Source: Anaerolineae bacterium
GTDB taxonomy: Bacteria > Desulfobacterota > Desulfobacteria > Desulfobacterales > ETH-SRB1
Assembly: GCA_035529315.1 (NCBI GenBank)
Contig: DATKWZ010000030.1
Location: forward strand, 67,825 to 131,824
Direction of reading: 5' to 3'
Length of the DNA: 64,000 nucleotides
Part shown: one piece after another, positions 57,205 through 64,000 of the stretch
How the letters are laid out: each line of letters begins with the position of its first letter
Numbering within the stretch: the first letter of the stretch is position 1
The notes under the pieces: model-generated
Seen by the model: only the letters and a program-made list of their open reading frames with translations
The model's database searches: none
Told to the model about the DNA's origin: nothing
Made by a program: the position numbers and the translations under genes

Positions 57205-58902
57205 TTACTTCTCGCCGGCGAATACCCCCCACGCGCCGAAATCCGAAGTGTCAGAAACGACAGTCCATGCGCCGGCCTGCTCGGCTGCGCCGGGTCCGAA
57301 ATGGGCCCCATTAACGTCCCAATCGGAAACAGCGCCTCCATCAACCCTGAATGTTCCCCCTGAAATGATAAACTGGCCGCTGCTGTCAACAGTGGAACTT
57401 CCCGCCTGGACAAAGCCCACCGTATGACCGCCCCCGGAGGCATTGAGGTTAAAGTCCTGGATGGAGGAGGACCCGAAATTAACACTTGAACTGTAGGTTC
57501 CTTCCATGTCCGCATTGCTGGGATAATAGGTCCCGCGGACCACACCGCTGTAAGTATAGTCACCCGAAAGAGCGGCCAGTTGGCCGATCTTTGTGGGATA
57601 GCCCTCGACAAACCAGAACTTGTTGATAAGTTCGTAAACAGTGCCCCCGATGTTGAGTTCAGGCAGGGTTTTCGCCGAGTGGTAGCCCCACTGGAGGTAG
57701 TTGTAATGTCCGAGATATGTTCTCAGGCCCTCAATGTTTAGGGGGTCGGAACTTGAACCAGGGGGATCCAGGTAGACCTCCCCCCGGGCATCCACTTCAT
57801 CGCCGTTGCTCACCTCGTCGGCTAAATAATAGTTGCTGGGATTGACCGCGCCGTATGCATAGACGTCGTCCATAGGGTCGGTATGCTGGAGAGAATTGCT
57901 GGCAAAGGCGTCCCTAACCTCTCCGTTGTTGTACTTGAGAAAGGCCGAAAAATAACCATGCTTTTTTTCTTCCGTTTTTGTCCCGGTTTCGAGGCTGGTG
58001 AAATCGGTCAGGTTCTCGGCGTTATCGGCGCCCGATCGCAAGGTCGTTTCCTCTCCGGTGTCCATTACGAGTTCTTCTCCTTCAGCCTTCACGCCTTCCC
58101 CGATCTTTTCTCCTTCCTGCCTCATCCTGGCGGCGTATTGGATATCGGCCATGACGGTAGGATCATACTTTTTCACGTTGTCAATGGTATTGAACGTCTC
58201 ACCGGGATTGAGGAGAATTCCGTTGACGTCGACCTGGCCGTCGCCGTTGGCCACCACGGTTACAGGCCGACCATTTTCTCTTGGCTGGGCCTTCGCCATA
58301 TAGGTGCTCAGAGCGTTCCCGCTGTCAGCCCTCTTCTCCGGTTCCAGATAATAGACATGGGCGCCGAACTTGGTTCCACTTACACCTACGACGGCCGTGG
58401 GGGTCTTGAGGTTGAACCGGGTGTCCTTGTAAAGGAATAGTCGCATGGAGTAAAACATGGCCTTGCCCTTGACCATGCTGAAAAGGGACCTCTTTTTCCC
58501 CTCTTTTCTTTGATTCACGTATTCTTCCACGGCAAACCTTGAATCCTGGGCCATGGTGACCACATCGTCGTTGGAAAACCGGATGCGACAACGAGAATCG
58601 GCCAGGGTACTGAGGCCGTCGTTTTCAAAGACGGCGTCCCCCGATCTTCCGAAATAGGCCTCCCTGGTGGCCCTGTGGATCACGACGACCGTGCCGTTGA
58701 GATCGTGGATGACACCGACCAGCTTGTTGGAGGAGGGTATAAAAGAGTCCTTGATCTCCATACCCTTCAATGCCCCTGGAAGGTCCTGGTCCGGCACGGC
58801 GGCGCCCCGATTGACCCGGGCGCCCAGGTCCATCGCTGTCAGGGCGAAACAAAGGATCAAGAAACACCACAAGCCCGGCAAGCCTATCTTAAACTTTTTC
58901 AT
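57205..58902 (-). CDS. exported protein: FecR-type domain + C-terminal TbpB/fHbp/hemophilin-like beta-barrel (putative Slam cargo)
   Basis: The start is at ATG 58902 (MKKFKIGLPGLWCFLILCFALTAMDLGA), with GGAGG 7 nt upstream. The FecR-like block is ..CRIRFSNDDVVTMAQDSRF..LKTPTAVVGVSGTKFGAHV. The C-terminus is ..YSGVVRGTYY..VNFGSSSIQDFNLNA..GAHFGPGAAEQAGAW..GAWGVFAGEK. Confidence 0.6.
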   Translation of the reverse strand: MKKFKIGLPGLWCFLILCFALTAMDLGARVNRGAAVPDQDLPGALKGMEIKDSFIPSSNKLVGVIHDLNGTVVVIHRATREAYFGRSGDAVFENDGLSTLADSRCRIRFSNDDVVTMAQDSRFAVEEYVNQRKEGKKRSLFSMVKGKAMFYSMRLFLYKDTRFNLKTPTAVVGVSGTKFGAHVYYLEPEKRADSGNALSTYMAKAQPRENGRPVTVVANGDGQVDVNGILLNPGETFNTIDNVKKYDPTVMADIQYAARMRQEGEKIGEGVKAEGEELVMDTGEETTLRSGADNAENLTDFTSLETGTKTEEKKHGYFSAFLKYNNGEVRDAFASNSLQHTDPMDDVYAYGAVNPSNYYLADEVSNGDEVDARGEVYLDPPGSSSDPLNIEGLRTYLGHYNYLQWGYHSAKTLPELNIGGTVYELINKFWFVEGYPTKIGQLAALSGDYTYSGVVRGTYYPSNADMEGTYSSSVNFGSSSIQDFNLNASGGGHTVGFVQAGSSTVDSSGQFIISGGTFRVDGGAVSDWDVNGAHFGPGAAEQAGAWTVVSDTSDFGAWGVFAGEK

Positions 58903-58972
58903 TGCACTTCCTCCTCTTTTTGCAAAAAGCGGACGGCCTCGGAGACCCGGCCGTAGACATGGACCTGATAGA

Positions 58973-60430
58973 TTAGAACTTGACGCCCACATTAAAGCCA
59001 TAGATGTCCTTCTTGAAATCATAGAGTTCCGTGTTGGAATTGTTGTTGATCAGGTTGTAGGAGATCGAAGCGAAATAGCGATTGGAGAAATTTCTGCTGA
59101 ACACCACGTAGAAATTGTGCCTCTTGTCGGTCCTGAAATAGGCATCGGGCCACAGAAAGGCGGACGTCGCATATTCCCTTCTCGTATATTTATACCGGGT
59201 ATAGATTTCCAGATCCCAGTTCCACCAGTTCAACCGCTTGAAATAGGAAACCGCCAGATTGTTGGCATCGTAGGAAAACCTTTTGTTTTTGGCATTGAGG
59301 TTTTCGTCGGAGATGTAGAAGGAAAGGATGTCCTTGCGGTTGTTGAGGTAGAAGTTGGGGTTGATTTCCCAGATCCGGTTGATGTTGTTCTGACCGCTCT
59401 TGTCATCCGGAGGAGACGAGGGATCATAGGTGTCCCGTAAATAGGAGAACATGCCCCTGAGGCTGAATCCGGGGGTAAAAAAGTATTCGTAACTCGGGCT
59501 CAGGTCAAAGGTGTCATAAAGATGGTCATGTTCATAGATGTTTTTCGCATAGCCGACAGGCAATTTGAGTACGCTCTTGCTGCTTACCAGCCAGGGTCCG
59601 GTTGTCAACCGCAACTGGGTGAAATCAAAGTTGTGATATTGGTCTACGTGGGTCTGGTAAAAGGATCCGGTCGTGTTCCACATCCAGCCCCTTTTTTCTC
59701 CCGCGTCATAAAGTGCGTTTCCCGCCAGGCTGATGACGCCCACCCAGTCCCTCAAGGACCTTTGGGTGTTGCTCAGGACAATCGTTCCGCCTTCGGGGAC
59801 ATCAATGAACTCCAGATCGGGGCCGGAACTGACATTGCTGTCACTCTGGACCCCCAGGGAGATCCTTGCGTTGACAAAGAGCCTTTTGGTCTTTTCATCA
59901 ATGGCCGCCAAGAGCCTTTTGATGTTGCTTTGCACAGTCTCGAGGGGTTTGGCCTCGAGAACGGCGTTTAGCTCCTTGCGGGCTTCGTCGTACTTTCCCA
60001 TCTCGAAGTATACGGTACCAAGTTCCAGCCGCACCCTGTGGAGGTCGGGTTCGATAGCCAGCATGTCCCTGAACTTGGTAATGGCCAGATCCTTTTCGCC
60101 CGCCTTTGCGGCACAGGACGCAAACCAGAACATGACGTCCATGGTCTCCACCTGATCCGATATCTCCCTGAAGATGGGAAGGGCCCTTGCGTATTCCCTG
60201 TCATAGAGGAGGGTCAGGGCCTGAGCCAGCTTCTTGTCGAGGTCCTCCACTTCCTGCGGAGACATCTTTTTCAGTTTTTCCAGTGCCCCCTTGTCGAAGG
60301 CTTCCGTCTGGGGGCTCTTTACCAGCATACCACCTGTGTCCCCCTGGGCAAAGGCGAGGGTGGACAGAAAGGTGAGTATGACGATGGGAATAAACATGAT
60401 AGCCGCTTTGGGTAGATAAAATATCTTCAT
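58973..60430 (-). CDS. Slam-like outer-membrane translocator (TPR N-domain + DUF560-type beta-barrel)
   Basis: 485 aa with a signal peptide ..LSTLAFAQGD. TPR-like helices are present (YDREYARALPIFREI, VYFEMGKYDEARKELNAVLEAKP). About 300 aa rich in beta-strands follow (RISLGVQSDSNVSSG.. to ..NNNSNTELYDFKKDIYGFNVGVKF), with a terminal Phe. Confidence 0.6.
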   Translation of the reverse strand: MKIFYLPKAAIMFIPIVILTFLSTLAFAQGDTGGMLVKSPQTEAFDKGALEKLKKMSPQEVEDLDKKLAQALTLLYDREYARALPIFREISDQVETMDVMFWFASCAAKAGEKDLAITKFRDMLAIEPDLHRVRLELGTVYFEMGKYDEARKELNAVLEAKPLETVQSNIKRLLAAIDEKTKRLFVNARISLGVQSDSNVSSGPDLEFIDVPEGGTIVLSNTQRSLRDWVGVISLAGNALYDAGEKRGWMWNTTGSFYQTHVDQYHNFDFTQLRLTTGPWLVSSKSVLKLPVGYAKNIYEHDHLYDTFDLSPSYEYFFTPGFSLRGMFSYLRDTYDPSSPPDDKSGQNNINRIWEINPNFYLNNRKDILSFYISDENLNAKNKRFSYDANNLAVSYFKRLNWWNWDLEIYTRYKYTRREYATSAFLWPDAYFRTDKRHNFYVVFSRNFSNRYFASISYNLINNNSNTELYDFKKDIYGFNVGVKF

Positions 60431-60749
60431 GTGTCCTCTACAACAGGCGTGTTCAGTCTTTTTCGAGTTATTTTAAAATGTTGTGATAGCATCAGGCGGC
60501 GTTCTGATTTTTTCTATTCCATTAATACATTTAATTCCTTCGATTACCGCTGCCAACCTCAAGGTTTTTACAAACTTCTGGTGGATATTTTTTTGTCCAT
60601 TTTTTCAAAGGAAGATAGAATTAATGCAATGATTAAAATTGTTTTAATAATTATACATTGAACCATTTAATTGTAAGGCAATGAATCAATGATATCAGCT
60701 ATTGGTCGCTTATTTCTTGATTTTAATCACTTATTAATATTTTATTTTT

Positions 60750-60950
60750 GGAATGCTTCTCAGTTTATGAGTTTGTATCGCAGGAAGATAGCAGCTGAGT
60801 TCTTTTTTAGTTCGAGTTTCAGGTCCAAGGCTGTGAAGCAAAAAACCCCACACTTCATGTGACTGAAGAAATGGGGCTTTATTTTTTTGTAATCCAGTTA
60901 TTGTTCACTTGTTCCTCCTCTTTGAGGTTCAAAAAACAGACCAAAATAAA
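60750..60950 (-). repeat. repeat module A (copy 2, inverted)
   Basis: Its reverse complement aligns with 11160-11366. It contains GAGGAGG, a 9-codon ORF (60879-60908) and the hairpin at 60836-60885. Confidence 0.8.
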
Positions 60951-61013
60951 TTCAAGATACTATATATTAATTGAATAAACAAGTAAATAACTATCTTTTA
61001 ACCTAAAAAAACT

Positions 61014-61168
61014 GGGTCAAGTATGTCTTTGACCCTTATTAATACTTTTCTGTATTTCTTCTATCTGTCTTTTATTTTTCTGTCGTATTTTTTAAGCTTT
61101 TAAACTCTTCTGTTATTAAGGTTTTTGCCTAGTATTGTCTTCCATGAGTCAAAGGCAGACTTGCCCCC
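61014..61168. repeat. MITE-like element, family 2 (module B, copy 2, inverted)
   Basis: The ends are GGGTCAAGTATGTCTTTGACCC (61014-61035) and GAGTCAAAGGCAGACTTGCCCCC (61146-61168). The interior matches the reverse complement of 12892-13002. Confidence 0.75.
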
Positions 61169-61220
61169 ATTTGTTCCTCATTTTGACCTTCAAATATCAG
61201 TCTTCCTTTCCTGTGGCTAA

Positions 61221-61274
61221 CTATTGTATTAAGCAGAAAAAATCTGCATATTAACACTATATATTTTCTTTATA
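61221..61274 (-). repeat. repeat module C (copy 2, inverted), ending in G|TTAGCC (61215-61221)
   Basis: Its reverse complement reads TATAAAGAAAATATATAGTGTTAATATGCAGATTTTTTCTGCTTAATACAATA-GTTAGCC. Confidence 0.7.
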
Positions 61275-61407
61275 AGAGGAATATATTATGGGATATAAGA
61301 GAAAGCATGTAAAGAATCGGATATTGAGATGCTAAGAGACCGGGGGCGTTTTCGAAAGTCTCGCTAAAAGACTTTACAACAGCCTGGTCTTGAATTATAA
61401 AATATAA

Positions 61408-61452
61408 GGTAACAGTTCGCGGTTTACAGTTGTCGGTTCACGGTTTAAAAAG
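61408..61452. repeat. GTTCACGGTT-type repeat
   Basis: GGTAACAGTTCGCGGTTTACAGTTGTCGGTTCACGGTTTAAAAAG. Confidence 0.6.
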
Positions 61453-61472
61453 ATTAAACAGGATAAACAAAA

Positions 61473-62123
61473 ATGAACAATTTAATTACCCTGGTTATCG
61501 CTACAGGAAACAAAAACAAAACATCTGAAATTAGAGACCTTTTAAAGGGGTTTCCGATTAATATTAAAAACCTGGGCGATTTTGGTCCTATTCCAGAGGT
61601 TGAAGAGGACGGAGATACCTTTGATGAAAATGCTTACAAAAAAGCAAGCTTTACGGCAAGAATTTTAGGGTTGCCGGCTCTGGCCGATGATTCAGGGTTG
61701 CTGGTCGAGGCTCTTGGAGGCGCTCCGGGAGTTCATTCAGCCCGCTATGCCGGAGAAAACGCAACAGATAAGCAAAGACGGGACAAACTGCTGCAGGAAA
61801 TGGAAGATAAGACCGACCGCAGGGCGGCCTTTGAATGCGTGATATCGATTGCTGTTCCAACAGGGGCTGCTCTGACATATGAAGCCCGCTGCGAAGGCTT
61901 GATAACCAGAGAGCCTGCCGGCTCAAATGGATTTGGATATGATCCTGTTTTTTACTATCCGCCGCTTAAAAAGACCTTCGCAGAATTAACGATGCAGGAA
62001 AAGAGCCGTGTGAGTCACAGAGGGAAGGCTCTCAGGGAGCTAAGGGATGAATTTGACAAAGCCCTGACCTGGATACGCCAGAATATGCCGGCTCAATTAA
62101 AATTTAAATGTAATGGTGAGTAA
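61473..62123 (+). CDS. rdgB: non-canonical purine NTP pyrophosphatase (RdgB/HAM1)
   Basis: 216 aa with VIATGNKNK, ADDSGL and FGYDPVF. Confidence 0.9.
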   Translation: MNNLITLVIATGNKNKTSEIRDLLKGFPINIKNLGDFGPIPEVEEDGDTFDENAYKKASFTARILGLPALADDSGLLVEALGGAPGVHSARYAGENATDKQRRDKLLQEMEDKTDRRAAFECVISIAVPTGAALTYEARCEGLITREPAGSNGFGYDPVFYYPPLKKTFAELTMQEKSRVSHRGKALRELRDEFDKALTWIRQNMPAQLKFKCNGE

Positions 62124-62124
62124 A

Positions 62125-62718
62125 ATGATTGCAGACCTGATTAAAAAAAACAGAAGTTGTAGAAGATTTTACCAGGACCACGCAGTGTCTTTAAAGACTT
62201 TAAAGGGCCTGGTAAATCTTGCAAGGCTGTCGGCTTCCGCGGCAAACTTGCAGCCGTTAAACTACATCCTTTCCAGCAATCCCGTGGAAAATGGCCTCAT
62301 ATTTTCCTGCCTTGCCTGGGCTGGATATATCAAAGACTGGCCCGGCCCAAAGGATGGAGAAAGGCCGGCAGCCTATATAATCATTCTCGGTAATACAGAT
62401 ATCAGAAAAAATTTTGGGTGCGACCATGGGATTGCAAGCCAGAGCATGCTGCTTGGCGCAAGGGAAAAGAGCCTTGCAGGATGCATTATCGGATCGGTAA
62501 ACCGGAGAAAACTCCGTAAAATTCTTAACATACCGCCTAAGTATAAAATACTTCTTGTCCTTGCAATCGGAAAGCCCAAAGAAAAGGTTAAAGTAGAAGT
62601 TGTTGATTCCGATAGTCCATCGAGTATTGTTAATAACATCAAGTACTGGAGGGATGGCAAAGGGGTTCATCATGTGCCCAAAAGAAAATTAATTGATATC
62701 ATTCTGGATTGCTATTAA
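62125..62718 (+). CDS. nitroreductase-family protein
   Basis: MIADLIKKNRSCRRF.. is the typical nitroreductase N-terminus. ATG 62125 follows GGTGAG, and ATG 62113 is the alternative. Confidence 0.75.
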   Translation: MIADLIKKNRSCRRFYQDHAVSLKTLKGLVNLARLSASAANLQPLNYILSSNPVENGLIFSCLAWAGYIKDWPGPKDGERPAAYIIILGNTDIRKNFGCDHGIASQSMLLGAREKSLAGCIIGSVNRRKLRKILNIPPKYKILLVLAIGKPKEKVKVEVVDSDSPSSIVNNIKYWRDGKGVHHVPKRKLIDIILDCY

Positions 62719-63959
62719 AAAACGTGCAGCCTGTAAAGCAAAAACCCATAATTTATACGATTTGCAGCAGCCGTATGCTGATAACTCTTCTTATGGGTTT
62801 TTCCTGCGGCCTGCCTCTTCTTTTGACCATAACCGTATTACAGGCATGGATGAAAGAACAAGGGGTGGATCTGGCCGTAATCGGAATGATGGCCCTGGTT
62901 GGCCTTCCTTATACCTTGAAATTTCTATGGGCCCCTTTTCTGGATCGTTTTACCCTCCCCTTTCTGGGCCGCCGCAGAGGATGGTTGCTGATAGCTCAAA
63001 TAGCGTTGTTGTTAGCCATCGCAGGGCTTGGCTTTACTCATCCAAAAGAAAATCCGTGGATGTTGGCCTTTGCTGCTTTTCTGGTGACCTTCTTCAGCGC
63101 CTCCCAGGATATTGTTGTGGATGCATATAGAAGAGAGGACCTTCCTGATGATGAGCTCGGACTCGGGTCCTCTCTTTATATCAACGGATACAGGATCGGG
63201 ATGCTGCTTGCTTCTGGAGGGGGCTTAATTCTGGCCGATCATATCCCGTTTTCCATGGTTTATTTAATAATGGCATGCTGTATGCTGCCCGGTATTCTTA
63301 CAACTATCTTTGCACATGAACCTGAGCTGACCGCCGGAGCTCCTGAAACAATAAAAGAGGCTGTTTTTGACCCCCTGGTTGAGTATTTCAGTCGTCATGG
63401 GGCTTTGTATATACTGGCATTTATACTGCTTTACAAGATCGGCGACACCATGGCCAGCGCCATGACTATACCTTTTTATCTTGATATAGGATTTTCAAAA
63501 ACGGAAATCGGCGCTGTCGTTAAACTATTCGGTTTCTGGGCAACAATTGCAGGCAGCCTGATCGGAGGAACGGTCATGCTGCGTATGGGAATCAACCGCA
63601 GCCTCTGGTATTTTGGTTTTCTACAGGCCTTGTCAACGGCAGGTTTTGCTGTTCTGGCGCGTATCGGTTACAGCGTTCCGGCTCTGTCAGCCGTTATTGC
63701 TTTTGAAAATCTAAGCAGCGGCATGGGAACCGCCGCTTATGTGGCATTTATGGCAAGTATTACAAATAAAAGATTTACCGCCACACAATACGCTCTTTTA
63801 AGCAGCCTGATGGGAATCCCAAGAGTGCTGGCCTCGGCCCCGACAGGCTTTCTTGCTAAAAATATCGGCTGGGAAGCTTTTTTTATCGCATGCACCCTGA
63901 TCGCCATTCCCGGCATGGTCCTTTTGCTTAAATTTGCGCGCTGGGAGAGAAATATATGA
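62709..63959 (+). CDS. ampG: AmpG-family muropeptide MFS transporter
   Basis: 416 aa with ..LLMGFSCGLPLLLTITVLQAWMKEQGV.., like the AmpG N-terminus, and about 12 TM segments. The start is TTG 62709 or ATG 62775. Confidence 0.75.
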   Translation: MLLKNVQPVKQKPIIYTICSSRMLITLLMGFSCGLPLLLTITVLQAWMKEQGVDLAVIGMMALVGLPYTLKFLWAPFLDRFTLPFLGRRRGWLLIAQIALLLAIAGLGFTHPKENPWMLAFAAFLVTFFSASQDIVVDAYRREDLPDDELGLGSSLYINGYRIGMLLASGGGLILADHIPFSMVYLIMACCMLPGILTTIFAHEPELTAGAPETIKEAVFDPLVEYFSRHGALYILAFILLYKIGDTMASAMTIPFYLDIGFSKTEIGAVVKLFGFWATIAGSLIGGTVMLRMGINRSLWYFGFLQALSTAGFAVLARIGYSVPALSAVIAFENLSSGMGTAAYVAFMASITNKRFTATQYALLSSLMGIPRVLASAPTGFLAKNIGWEAFFIACTLIAIPGMVLLLKFARWERNI

Positions 63960-64000
63960 AAAAAGACACACAAATTAAAAAGTCAATGAATTTAGCCCAA

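Noticed and set aside
25533-61452. The GTTCACGGTT-type repeats as CRISPR arrays
   Set aside because: Each locus holds only 2-4 irregular units with no unique spacers of constant length, and no cas genes are present.

Overview
This is a chromosomal window that looks by eye to be about 40% GC. Gene content suggests a Desulfobacterota-type anaerobe: a periplasmic selenocysteine formate dehydrogenase, a DapL-type lysine route and many Fe-S/Moco genes. That taxonomic call is an inference. Nothing here was computed, so repeat edges are approximate to a few nt.

Core gene blocks:
- argD'-argF-argG-argH, a lipoprotein gene, then lysA-dapF-dapL-folK, a small Cys-motif protein gene (88 aa), and tal-pgsA, followed by tRNA-Gly(GCC) and tRNA-Cys(GCA).
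- On the minus strand, a GDPD-family gene, ahcY, metK and panC.
- lnt, and prfB with its +1 frameshift.
- Redox genes: an HD-domain protein, an OYE-family reductase, a TlpA-like protein, and a NapH-like protein with a 49-aa CXXC partner.
- fdhE-fdhB-fdhA(Sec)-moaA behind a candidate Moco riboswitch.
- A MerR-family gene, pheT-pheS-rplT-rpmI-infC (infC with an AUA start), and moaB-pyrR, mobA and a moaE-like gene.
- A hybrid histidine kinase, then rdgB, a nitroreductase and ampG.

Accessory parts:
1. An island with no integrase lies next to tRNA-Cys (about 10.9-22.7 kb). It begins with what looks like an integron-type gene cassette carrying an attC-like site. The cassette encodes a fusion of a winged-helix-like region and a nucleoside 2-deoxyribosyltransferase-like (NDT) domain. 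It is followed by an HNH gene truncated by a MITE, then radC-hsdM-hsdS-dinD-hsdR and a DUF4143-type ATPase.
2. A gene-decay zone at about 47.3-48.2 kb holds ogt and radC remnants.
3. A visibly GC-richer two-gene pair at 57.2-60.4 kb looks like a Slam/DUF560 translocator plus a cargo protein with a FecR domain and a TbpB-like barrel (type XI secretion). Next to it is a Y1 (IS200/RAYT-like) transposase bounded by inverted repeats.

Three short sequence modules (A, B, C) recur in inverted orientation at about 11.2-13.0 kb and 60.7-61.3 kb. Two further small repeat families are scattered through intergenic DNA: a MITE with TTCGTAAAAAG-type ends, and GTTCACGGTT-type palindromes. No CRISPR array, rRNA, integrase or prophage structural genes were seen.
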